Positions 13,726 to 25,285 of a stretch of 64,000 bases of DNA are shown in pieces. Under the pieces are notes generated by a model. That model was not told the origin of the DNA. It was given only the letters and a program-made list of their open reading frames with translations, and made no database searches. The stretch covers positions 81,222,001-81,286,000 of the forward strand of contig NC_086097.1 of the NCBI RefSeq assembly GCF_963921235.1, written 5' to 3'. The DNA is from Mobula hypostoma. Lineage: Eukaryota. The number at the start of each line of letters is the position of its first letter. Position 1 is the stretch's first letter. The position numbers and the translations under genes were made by a program.

Positions 13726-14754
13726 TTTCCCACTATTTACATCAAGGAATGCAAACCTAGAAATCAGAGATATACTTCCAAAAGTTGTAGGTGACCTCAG
13801 TTGTAGTGGCAGGGGTGGTGACATGTAGTGGGTTTAAATGACTGTGAAGAAAATACAAGCACACATTTTTGAAAATGTATAGAGTAAGAGAACAATTGGA
13901 AACTAAGCAAAGGGTGTATAAGTAACTGGTGATGGCTTTAGTTGGAAGACAACAAAATGCCCAAAAGTGGATAGAGTGGAACTTGGCTTCTGGGCATAGA
14001 GCACGGAGCAACGTGCATGTTATTGAAGCCTTAGAACTCACACATATTATTTAATTTCCTATGGAATGGGATTAGAAAGCAAGATTCATATTTATTGTGA
14101 ATATGCTGCTTAGTTTATATTTTGTGTACATGAACAGTAATGCCACAATATCAAAGGAAAAATCTGAAGCACCGGAAAAGGGCAAAATGTTGTCATATTT
14201 AAGTTATGCCATCATTAAAAACTGAATGGACAGTGGCTTTGATTCTCTAGAGAAGTGAAGAATAAAGGAGATTAGAAGATGATAAAAGGGTTTGAAAAAC
14301 AAAGCATTAAGATACAGTAGTTTCCATACGCAGGCAAGACCAGAGACATGTACCATCAATAGATTGTCACTTACAAACCAACTGGGAATACAGAACGTTA
14401 TTACAAGGAATAGTTCAATTTAAAAGCATTGCTGCATTTAAGTGGAGATTGGATAAAAGCACTATGGAAAAAGGAATAAAGGATAACGTAATGGGGGTTA
14501 GATGAATCAGAGCAGGAGGAGGCTCTTGTAGAGCACAGACACTAGACAAGAGCCTTGCACTGTGAAATATTTTGTGCTATTGTATATTTTAATGAGATTG
14601 TTTGCTCAAATAATAGAAATATTTTACGATCACTGTACTGAACAGTTGAACAAACAACAATCTTCACCAACGTACATTTCTTTATGTTTCCATACACTCC
14701 ATAGAGTCTCTGTGTTTCACCACTCTTTGCAATTGCAAGTGGACTCCTATTGAT

Positions 14755-15072
14755 AAAACGTAAAGCATCCAGAGCCAGGCATTATTCCTGTCAACATAGC
14801 TGCCACCACAAAAAGGAATAGCTTCTTATTACTCCTCAACCATCAGGCTCTTGGACCAAAGTGGATAACTTCACACAAAGTCATCATTGATGTGCTCCCA
14901 CAACCTATGGAAACACTTTCAAGGACTGGTCCTTCATTGATTCTATTATGGTTATTATTCTATCATGGATTTATTGAGTATGCCCACAAGAAAATGAATG
15001 TCAGGGTTGCATATGGTAACACATATCTACTTTGATAATAAATTTACTTTGATCTTTTGAACTCTGAACTTT
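14755..15072 (+). mobile_element. Rex1/Babar-like 3' end fragment
   Basis: CAACCATCAGGCTCTTG...GAAAATGAATGTCAGGGTTGCATATGG...TACTTTGATAATAAATTTACTTTGA. Confidence 0.7.
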
Positions 15073-15896
15073 ATTTCAACATATCGGCATATAGGCACAC
15101 ACCTAGGATACTATTCTCGAGAAAGTGACAAACGATTGTACAAAATTAAACTGTTAAGAGAAAAGGTTAAGTGGTATGACATTGTACTAAGTTGAGGTTA
15201 AAAAGTAAACTTTCATCAAGATTTTGAGTATGCAACACCAGGCAAAATTTCTATTCCTCACAGTATTCAACTCAGACACAATGTTGTTCCATTCATGCAT
15301 TTTAATATCAGAAGAAAATACAAGCTCGTTTCTGGACAGTTCCACTACAAACATGTAGAGTTTCCATTTTTTTTTAAAAAGCCACAATGTAGGCACTGGT
15401 ACAAACTCTGTTATGAAGCTTAAAATTTGACACGACGCCACGGCACTGTAGGGTAGGTAGCCATGGCAGCATAACAGTTAACCCGGCCTGTCTCAACTAG
15501 GGGCATTTGGAATTCGAGTAGTGCAATAAATGTATTTAATAATAAATATACTGTTTTCAGGATTAGTGCCAGGTCCTTTCAGTGAGTTGGGCTCCACACA
15601 AGGAGCGGACTAAATGGCGGCCAGCCAAACAGTAACCCTCAGAGTACATGAAGCAGTCCACACTGTGGATTGAACTATACAGGAGTGACAAATGTGGGCA
15701 AGTTGAGGGAAGTTCAGTAGAGGACTATTGCTTAAGAGGAATTAGCTGACTTGAGATAGTCCATTTGGGAGATATTCACTGGGAAAATAGTCAGCACTTT
15801 CTCACTAGATTTGTTTTGTGACATTGGCTGATAAATGATATATTAATGTTCACTATGTTCTAACAACTTCATTCAACCCAAAACCGCTGTGCAAAG

Positions 15897-16068
15897 CATA
15901 TCCTCAACACTTGAGAGCTCCAAGAAATACTGTATGATAAACCATATCCTTAATGCTTGGGAACTCCAAGAAATACTGTATGATAAAGCATATCTTCAAC
16001 ACTTGGGAGCTCCAAGAAATACAGTATGATAAACCATAACCTCAACACTTCGGAACTCTAAGAAATAC
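15897..16068. repeat. Minisatellite, 46-bp unit, ~3.7 copies
   Basis: Unit approximately CATATCCTCAACACTTGGGAGCTCCAAGAAATACTGTATGATAAAS repeated in tandem. Confidence 0.9.
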
Positions 16069-17682
16069 TTTAGGGACAGTCAAAAGATGTAGGGTATAGA
16101 GGTCTTGGATGTACTGACTAACAATAATTCCAAGCAACATGGGAAATTAATCAAACAGACTCTATGTGATCAGGGCATTATCTAGGTCAGGTGAGAATCA
16201 AAATATGATGAAGTCTGAAATGTCCTAAATTCCATCACCGTTCACATGATTTTATTTGGTAAAAGTTTAACAGACCAGTCTTGCTTCACAGAGGTGGCAG
16301 CCAGTGTAGGAGGGCCAAGAAAGTAAACTCATCAACATCTAACAACAAACATGGACCGTGCGACACAATCCCCATGTCTGTTAAAACAAACCAAACAACC
16401 CTCATGTTGGTCGAGTGCTACAAATGACTACACTCATGAAGCAGCAATGCACACACACAAAAAAATGTCTGCAGCCAGACAGATCAGTTGAACATAGTTC
16501 ACTAGAACTATTGATTAAATGCATACTGCTAGTAGAGTGAACAGGATTTATACAGGCATCAAAGCATTCATTCATCCGGTGTTTAGGACCAAAGTACAGA
16601 TCAGTGCAAGTAATAAGAAAAGGGGAAAAAAGGGGATACTGTCAACAAAACAAGGTCAGCCAACAGTTAACAAACATTAACAATCACAGAAGTACTTCAA
16701 AGCCAAAACTTCCTTTCACTTACAAGTACAGAGAGGATAATTGTAAGTACACAAGTTAACTTAAACTTTATGAATGTCACTGTGATTTATAATAACTCAT
16801 GGAAGAAATCTTAATTATCCACAGAGTACTTAGCTTCAAAAAGCCTTGATTTAAGATTGTGGTAAATTGAGTCTTCCTAGTGCTTTCTGTTACTTAATTT
16901 AAATTCAGACTGAAAACTAATTAAGATTGGATGAAGTGCTAAAGTGAATATTTACTGTTTGGAAAAATTATAAATTTAAAGAGCAAAATCAAGGCTATAG
17001 GAGGAAATTTCAATATGGGGTCTTGATCAACTAAGTTGGACGAAGGAAAAATATGCCTAGAACAGTATATCAATGAAGGGAGAGTTTTCCGAATTGCAGA
17101 AGCATTAATTACATTAGGACAATTATTGATGAAAATACATAAATGATCTTTTTTCTGACCAGACTCATAGAACGACTATTTGGCATTAGAAATTAATTAT
17201 TTTTGGTTTTCCAACATTAAAAAGGAGAGACAAAAGAGAAAAAGGAGAATATTAGCATGTTAACAGACAAATATGAGAGATGTATTGAGGGGTACTCTTG
17301 GCAATGGAATGGTTGGGGATAAGAGATAACAAATTAAAGAACACGGTCATTATAATTTATAAGCTCCATAAAAATTTCTATATTGGACAGAATCTTAATA
17401 AGAAAATACATGTTTCAAAGATAACACAATAATTAACTTCATTTGTAAAGAACAATCTATATGACAATTAGACATAGGAGTAGTATTAGACCATTCAGCC
17501 TATTGGCTGCTCCTTTATTTGATCATTTTTCTCTGTAAACCTATTGCCCTACCTTCTCCCCATTAACATGGACCGCCTTACTAATCAAGAATCTGTTAAA
17601 CTCTGCTTTAAATATACGAAGGTTGTGCCCTCTGGTCTAGTGACTTAGCCTCTGCAGTTATCCATGGCAATGAATTTCAGGA

Positions 17683-18410
17683 GCAACATACACAAAATGC
17701 TGGAGGAACTCAGCAGGTCAGGCAGCATCTATTAATGAACAGGCAGTTGAGGTTTCAGGTCAATAGAATGGGAAGGGGTCGCACTGGGAGCACCGGACAC
17801 AATAGGTGACCCCAGCAGATTCACGGGTGATACGTTGCCTCACCTGCAAATACTATTTTCAGCCCTGAATGGACATGAGGGAGTGAATGAACAGTGTAGG
17901 TGTATTACTTTGGCTGCTTGCAGGGATAAATGCTGGGAGGGATGAATAGACAAAGGAACCACGGAGCAAGTGATCCCTATGGAGAGTGCGGGGGAGGTGT
18001 CAAAGATAGGTTTGGTACTAGGATCCCTTTGGAGATAGCAGATGTTGAAGAGGACGATGTGTTGGATGCCATGGCTCACAGTGTGGTAGGTAAGGATATG
18101 AGGAACTCTATCACTATTACAGTGGGGTAGATGGGGTGAGCATGGATGTTCAAGAAATGCAAGGAGAAGCAGGTGAGGGCAGCATCAATGGTGGAGGAAG
18201 GGAAACCCTGTTCTTTGAAGAAGGATGTCCCTGGAAAGAAAAGCTGCATCCTGGGAACAGATGCAGCAGAGGAACTGAAAAAATGGGAATAGTATTTTTG
18301 CAGCAGACAGATGGGAGAAGTACATAGTCAAGATAATCGTGGGAATCGGTAGTTTTGTAAAAGATGTTGGATGACCATTTGTCTCCAGAGATGGAGACAA
18401 AGAGATCGAG
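17683..18410 (-). mobile_element. Deleted PLE (pLTR plus RT thumb / endonuclease pieces)
   Basis: GCAACATACACAAAATGCTGGAGGAACTCAGC pLTR; RDPSTKPIF and PFFQFLCCICSQD similar to the PLE at 1529. Confidence 0.75.
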
Positions 18411-18619
18411 AATTCCACAGGTTTATTATCCTCTGGCTAAAGAAATTCCTCCTCATCTCTGCTCTAAAGGGATGCCCTTTTATTCGAAGGCTGTGCCCTC
18501 TGGTCCTAGACCCTTTCATGACTGGAAGCATCCTCTCCACATCCATTCTATTCAGAATGTGCAATACTTGGTAGGATTCAATGATATACCCCCTCATCCT
18601 TCTAAATTCCAGCAAGTAC

Positions 18620-18960
18620 AAAGTTCAAAGTAAATTTATCATCAAAACCCATGCAGTATATGTCACCATATACAACCCCAAAGGTTCATTTTCTTGAGAG
18701 CATACTCAATAAACCCAAATCATGAAAGTCTGCACCCATCAGGGCGGATAATCAGTGCGCAAAAAAAAACTGTAAATATAAAAGAAAAATAATAAATAAA
18801 TAAGCAATAAATGTCAAGAACATGAGTTGAAGAGTCCTTGAAAGTGAGTCCATAGGCTGTGGGAACAGTTCGGTGATGGGCAGTGAAGCAGAGTGAAGTT
18901 ATCCCCGCTGGTTCAAGAGCCTGATGGTTGAGGGGAATAACTGCTCCCGAACTCGATGGT
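18620..18960 (-). mobile_element. Rex1/Babar-like 3' tail
   Basis: AAAGTTCAAAGTAAATTTATCATCAAA...GGTTCAAGAGCCTGATGGTTGAGGG. Confidence 0.7.
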
Positions 18961-19143
18961 GGCCCAGAGGCGTCAAATGCTCCTCATACCTTACTCCTTA
19001 ATATCAGCACATCCTTCCTTGTATATGGAGTCCAAAACTGCTCTCGTTTTTCCAAATTTGGTCTGACCAATGATTTATAAAGACTCTGCATAACATCCTT
19101 GCTTTTACATTCTAATCCTCTCAAAATGAAAGCTAACATTCAT

Positions 19144-20993
19144 TGGTGCTCCACACCAATCCCAACCTCACCGTCAAACCCACAGATAAGGGAGGTGCTG
19201 TAGTAGTCTGGCATACTGACCTCTATCTTGCTGAGGCCCAGTGCCAACTCTCAGACACCCCCTCTTACTTGCCCCACGAAAAGAACCCCACTAAGGAACA
19301 CCAGGCCTTTGTCTTCCACACCATCACTAACCTTAATGACTCTGGGGATTTCCCACCCACTGCCACCAACCTCATAGTTCCTGCACCCTGCACCTCCAGT
19401 TTCTACCTCCTACCCACGTTCCATAAACCTGCTTGTCCAGGTAGACCATTATTTCAGCTTGCCTCATTGAACTCCTATCAGCATACCTCAACTCTGTTTT
19501 ATCTCCCCTAGTTTAGTCCCTTCCTACCTACATGCATGATACTTCACACACTCTTGATCTTTTCAAGGTTTTAAGGTACCCTGGCCCCCATCATCTTATT
19601 TATACTATGAATGTCTAAGTCCCTATACACGTCCATCCCCCACCAGGAATGTCTCAAAGCTCTCTGTTTTTTCTCTGGACACCAGTTCTAACCAGTTCCC
19701 CTCCATCACTACTCTCCTCCACCTAGCAGAATTTGTCCTCACTCTAAATAATTTCTCCTTTGGCTCCTCCCACTTACTTCAAACAAAAGGTGTAGCCATA
19801 GGCACTCACATTGGTCCCACCCTGCTACTTGTAAAAACGTGATTCCCTTCTCTCAATTCCTCCGTCTCCACCGCATCTGCTGTCAAGATAAGGCTTTTCA
19901 TGCTAGAACGAAGGAACTGTCCTCCTTTTGCAAAGAAAAGGGCTTCTCTTCCTCCACCATCAATGCTGCCCTGAACCACATCTCTTCCATTTCATGCACA
20001 TCTGCTCTCACTCCATCCTCCTGCCATCTTACCAGAGATAGGGTTCCTTTTGTCCTCACCTACCACCCCACCAGCCTCTGCATCCAGCACATAATCCTTC
20101 AAAACCTTCGCCACATTCAACAAAATCCTAGCAAGCACATCTTTTACTCCCTCCCACTTTTTGCTTTCAGCAGGGATCATGCCCTACGCAACTCCCTTGT
20201 CCATTCGTCTCTCCCTACTGATCTCCTTCCTGGCACTTATACTTGCTAATGGAACAAGGGCTACACCTGCCCCTACACCTGTTCCCTCACTACCATTCAG
20301 GGCCCTAAACAGTCCTTCCAGGAGGCAATACTTCACTTCTAAGTCTGTTGGGGTCATTTACTGTGTTCAGTGCTCCTGGTGTGGCCTCCTGTATATCAGT
20401 GAGACCCAACGTAGATTGGGAGACTGCTACGCCGAGCATCTACACTCCATCCACCAGAACAAGTGGGATCTCCCAGTGGCCACCCATTTTAATTCCACTT
20501 CCCACTCCCATTTCAATATGTCCATCCATAGCCTCCTCCACTGTCGTGATGAGGCCACACTTAGGTTGGAGGAAGAACACCTTATATTTCTTTTGGGTAG
20601 TCTCCAACCCAATGGCATGAACATTGAGTTCTCAAATTTCCAGTAATGCCCCCTATCCCCCTTCCTTCACCATTTCCCATCCCCTTTTCCCTCCCTCACC
20701 TGATCTCCTTGCCCACACATCGCCTCTCTCTGGTGCTCCTCCCTCCTTTTTCTTTCTTCCATGGCATTCTGTATTTTCACCAATCAACTTCCCAGCTCAT
20801 TCCTTCATCCCTTCCCCTCCAGGTTTCACCTATCACTTGGTGTTTCTCTCTCCCCTCCCCCCAACTTTTGAATCTACTCCGCAGCGTTTTTTTCTCCAGT
20901 CCTGCCGAAGGGTTTTGGCCTGAAATGTCAACTGTACTTCTTTCCATGGATGCTGCCTGACCTGCTGAGTTCCTCCAGCATTTTGTGTGTGCT
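19144..20993 (+). mobile_element. PLE, 5'-truncated, with internal deletion at ~19820
   Basis: VKPTDKGGAVVV, FYLLP..HKP.CPGRP, IPFSQFLRLHRIC, GVIYCVQCSWCGLLYISETQRRL (GIY-YIG); pLTR with decayed hammerhead at ~20897-20934. Confidence 0.9.
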
Positions 20994-21410
20994 GCATTAT
21001 TACTGACTCAAAACTCCAAGTTAACCTTCAGGGAATCCTGCATTTATATTATTGGCTAGATAATCTTCATATCTCCTCTTTTTTTCCTCCTATTGCATTT
21101 TTAGTTGCCTTCTGTCGTTTTTTTGAAGTTTCCCCAATTGTCTTGCTTGCTGCTAATTTTTGCAATCTTGTGCTTTTACAGTCTTTGACTTCTTTCAGCA
21201 GCCAGTTGCCTCATTATCCCTTCAGAATTCTTGTTCTTTGAAATGAAATGACCCTGCATCTTCCATTTACTCACAGAACGTTCTGTATTGCTGCTCTATC
21301 GTTATTCTTTCCAATCAACTTAGACCAGCTCCTTTCTCATGCTTCTGTAGTTTTTCCCTCTCATGCAATGCATTGCTACCGTACATTGCATGAGAGGGAA
21401 CAACTATAGC

Positions 21411-21699
21411 AGTATGAGGTGCTTTGAGTATCTCGGAAACTGCTGATCCCCTGGGATTTTCGCACATAATAATCCCTAGAGTTTACAGAGAACGGTGAAG
21501 AAAACAAAGAAAATCTAGTGAGCAGCAGTTCTGTGGGCGAAAGTACCTTGTTAATGAGAGAGGTCAGAGGAGATAATAGTGGTGTGCAGAAGAGCATCTC
21601 TGAATGCACACCTCATCCAATTTTGAAGAGGATGGGTTATAGCAGCAGAAGACCACATTGTGTTCCACTCCTGCACTTAGTAAAGTGGCTGCTGAATGT
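21411..21699 (+). mobile_element. Truncated non-autonomous Tc1-like element (same family as 30392-30919)
   Basis: SISETADPLGF..., SGVQKSISECT...MGYSSRRPHCVPLL; right end TAAAGTGGCTGCTGAATG|TA. Confidence 0.75.
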
Positions 21700-22414
21700 A
21701 AACAGTTACTATCTCTTCAGGTTTCATCTACCTGAGGCTCCAAATTCAAATCTGATTCATTGCACAACTCCAGACCCAGTATTTTTTTCCCTAGTGGACT
21801 AGACTATAAACTGCTCTAGAAAGCCATCTTGTATTAAATGTAGCAAAGTACAACTGAATGTATTTGGAGAAACGTGACTAACAAGCAATATTTATGTTTA
21901 GATCTTGCGTTAGGCAACAAAACAGGGCTGAATTAGTAGTCCTATTATTAGAGACTGATTAGGAAAGTATTATCAAACAATATAAAATTTCAGGCCGAGG
22001 TTAAAGGTGAGATATAGAAGTCACAAGCTAAATTCTTAAACCTGTATAAATCTGCTTACTTATAGCTACATTGAATACAGTGATTATGGAAGACAGATTA
22101 AAAAGCATGACAGAAGATAAACACATACAAGAATTTAAAAAAAATCAACCATTTTGAAAAAAAACTATAAATTCCATGAGTTTTTCCATCTGTAACTATA
22201 TAAAGAAAATAGGCTTAAAAATTTTGCATCATGGCAATAAAACTGAGGATCAAGTGAGCTTCAGAACTTGCACAAGATGAGCAAAGTATCAAGGGAGAAG
22301 AAAAATTACAAGAAAAAGTCAAAAGCAACAAAAAATAGTTTCTGTATAGTTGTAAAAAGACAAAATGACAACAAAAGATAAATATAGCTTCCTTGATGCA
22401 GAGAAGACTAGATA

Positions 22415-22836
22415 ACATTGTTTAAAGTGAATGTGTGATGCTAAATATTTTGCACCTTTGTATTATTAAGGATCCCAACCATCTATCCAGCATCCTCTTT
22501 GACCTCCTGCCATCAGGCAGGGAACTAAAGACTACAATGCATAAAAACACTAACAGTCAGGATGGGAAACAATTTCTTCCCCAAAACCATTAGGCTTCTG
22601 AACTCTCTATCGCATTATATTCAAAGGTGTCATTGGTTAATCTGCTCCATACATTACAATATTTAATTTATGCACATTAGTTTATTATTCATTTGTAGAT
22701 TTATCTTTATCTTCATAAGTTATCGTGTGTAATGTGGTTATGTGGATTACTGTGCTTTACACCCTGGCTCAGAGAACCATGGTCTCATTTCTACATACAT
22801 TATATACGTGTACATAGATAAATGATAATAAACTTG
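22415..22836 (+). mobile_element. Rex1/Babar-like 3' fragment inside an old CR1 fragment
   Basis: ATTAAGGATCCCAACCATC...CTGCCATCAGGCAG...AATTTCTTCCCC; tail GATAATAAACTTGAC. Confidence 0.6.
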
Positions 22837-23107
22837 ACAATAAGTGACTATAAGCAAAGAGAAATTATGGGAGACCATGACTTTGAAGACAATTAAATAT
22901 TTGAAATACTTAATATTTGTAACTGGAGATGTTAATGAGACAATTGTCTTGGACCAGATTGGTGACATCATGGGATTAGAAATAAGGTGGCCACAAAGTC
23001 AATAGACTATTGGCAATGATCTTCCAAAACATTACAGACTGTTGAATGGTTCCAGTAGACTGAAAAGTAGCTACTGTTATATCACCATGAAAAAAAGAAA
23101 GCAAATG

Positions 23108-23650
23108 ATATATCATCATTATCAGGTGCCATGCCCAGTTTGAGCTTTGACTGCACACTCCTGTTTCGGGTCAAGTGGATCAATTCATTGGTATTCATTT
23201 CCAGTTCTCTGGCTGCTGTCCCCATCAGCATTTGTCTTTGTCTTCCTCTTGCTTTCTTCCCTTCAATCTTTCCCATAATTACTGTGCATTCTAACTCCTC
23301 TTTCTTAATTAGATGTCCAATGAAGTTACGTTGCCTTTTCATGATCTTGTACATTATTTCTCCTTTTGTGTTTGCTCTGTTCATGACATCCTCGTTAGAT
23401 ATTCATTTTGTTTCGTCCACGATATTCTTTGCATCCTCTTCAAAAACCACATTTCTGCTGCTACAATTCGTTTCCTCATTTTACTAGGTATTGTCCAACA
23501 TTCTGAGCCATATAACATAAAAACTGGATAAGCGTAACATTTCAGTACCCTGAGGCGGGTTGTCATGCCTAGTTTAGTGTTGGTCTATACTCTTCATTCT
23601 CGTCAAGGTGTCTTTTGCCATCCCACTCTTCTTTTGATGTCCAAGTCATA
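23108..23650 (-). mobile_element. RTE-clade LINE 3' fragment
   Basis: TRLRVLKCY..PVFMLYGSECWT...AEMWFLKRMQRISWT; GHLIKK...GKIEGKKARGRQR; (ATG)n-like tail. Confidence 0.85.
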
Positions 23651-23811
23651 TGTACCAAATATACCAAATGGTATATGGAGAAATTAAAACGAATTATGTG
23701 AACCTCATCTATCAGTATTACGCTCAATGTTACTGTTAATTATATATCCACAATGCACTTGCAAAATCACAACACGAAATGAAAGGAAACATTAGATCGA
23801 GGGATTTAGCG

Positions 23812-23877
23812 GTGTAAGTGTGTGTGAGTGAGAGTATGTGTGTGTGTGTACGAGTGCAAGTGCGTGCGTGGGTGTGT
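23812..23877. repeat. Imperfect (TG)n microsatellite
   Basis: gtgtaagtgtgtgtgagtgagagtatgtgtgtgtgtgtacgagtg... Confidence 0.85.
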
Positions 23878-23919
23878 TTAAACCAGATGTATGAGGAAAT
23901 AACACTTAGATTCATTGGA

Positions 23920-24127
23920 AACAACAGGAATTCTGCAGATGCTGGAAATTCAAGCAACACACATCAAAGTTGCTGGTGAACGCAGCAGGCCAGGCAGCAT
24001 CTCTAGGAAGAGGTGCAGTCGACGTCAGTCCTGACGAAGGGTCTCGGCCTGAAACGTCGACTGTACCTCTTCCTAGAGATGCTGCCTGGCCTGCTGCATT
24101 CACCAGCAACTTTGATGTGTGTTGCTC
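23920..24127. mobile_element. Solo PLE terminus with inverted pLTR copies (hairpin), TSD-flanked
   Basis: Minus-strand pLTR 23920-24025 followed by plus-strand pLTR 24026-24127; direct repeat AGATTCATTGGA at 23908-23919 and 24128-24139. Confidence 0.9.
24026..24063 (+). ncRNA. Minimal type I hammerhead ribozyme, intact core
   Basis: Stem I CAGTC/GACTG; core CTGACGA; stem II AGG-GTCTCGG-CCT; GAAA; palindromic ACGT mini stem III; GTC cleavage triplet (cut after 24058). Confidence 0.85.
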
Positions 24128-24339
24128 AGATTCATTGGATTTTTTTTAAAGTGACTACTGAATAATTGCCAAGTGAAAGTTTGGAGACTCAAGACTGAAA
24201 CTGGAACAAGAAACTGTTGACTCAGGAACTTCATGAGCTGAGCAGTATCTATGAGGAGTGGGATGGTGGGTGGGGGGAGGAACTATCAACATTTCAGGTA
24301 AAAAAAAACCTGCATCAGGACTGAGAGTTGAGATGGCCA

Positions 24340-25285
24340 GTATATAGATGAGAAATAGCATATTGAGAAAGGAGTTTGAGGACAAGTGGAAGTCTGTTGC
24401 ACAAAATAATGGCCCAAGGAATTGAGTTAATATGCACGGGGACAGTATTTAAGTTTTCGGATAATACAGGGTAAAATGTTGCCAGGATTCAGAGAGTCTG
24501 CAGAGAGATTTCAGCAATTTCAGGAAATCCAGCAAAAAGTGCCAGATGAAGTGCAATGTGCAGAAATGTAATGTTAATTGCTTTAGATTAAAACAATAAA
24601 ATTGACTATTTTCAAAATAGTGAGAAGTTGCAGTTAGAAGGTCAAGGCATCCTTCCTTGCACATGAGAAACACAAATAAACCAACACAGAGCAAGCAATT
24701 ATTAAGCTAAAGAATATGTTGGCTTTTGTTCATTGATAATAGAATACAAGAGCACTGCATTTGAAGAGGACTTTGGTGAGCTATTTTGGTTTTTACATCT
24801 CAGGATACCTTAGAGACAGTGCGACACAGATTCACTAGATTTATTCCTGAGAGAGAGTACAGCAGAAAATAATAAGACTGATCTACACTCTCTTGAGTTT
24901 AGAAGAACGGGAAATAATCGCATTGAAACATGCAGGGTTCGGAGAGGGCAGATGTTGACAGGCTGTTCGCTCCAGCTAGTTTGGATCTTGGGGGCATATT
25001 TGAAGAATAAAGCCATAGTTTATGGATTTGGCCATATAGGACAGAGATGAAGAGACAAAGCTTTGCCAGTGGGTTGGTGAATGTTTGAATTGTTCCATGC
25101 AGAAATCAGTGCATGCTCACTCACTGAGTATATTCAAAGCCTATGGCAATAGACCATTAGACACAAGGGAATTGTAGGATATGTAGGCTGGCCAGAAAAG
25201 TGAGCTTGAGGTAACTTTACTAAATGGTAGAACATGCTTCAGGGGCCATCTGACCTCTCCTGCTTCCATTTCTTACATTCTTATG
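24340..25285 (+). mobile_element. Very old CR1 RT/3' fragment
   Basis: Decayed W..KWQMKCNVQKCNV and LYTLEFRRTGNNRIET; tail TTTCTTACATTCTTATG. Confidence 0.6.

Larger units (their letters stand above)
17465..21360 (-). mobile_element. Old CR1 LINE, interrupted by two PLEs and a Rex1 tail
   Basis: CR1 pieces at 17465-17680, 18411-18620 (LEFRRMRGYIIESY...SRTRGHSLRIKG..FFSQRIINLWN), 18960-19143 and ~20995-21360. Confidence 0.75.

Noticed and set aside
15897..16068. CRISPR-like array
   Set aside because: Units are contiguous tandem repeats without unique spacers, there are no cas genes, and the context is eukaryotic.
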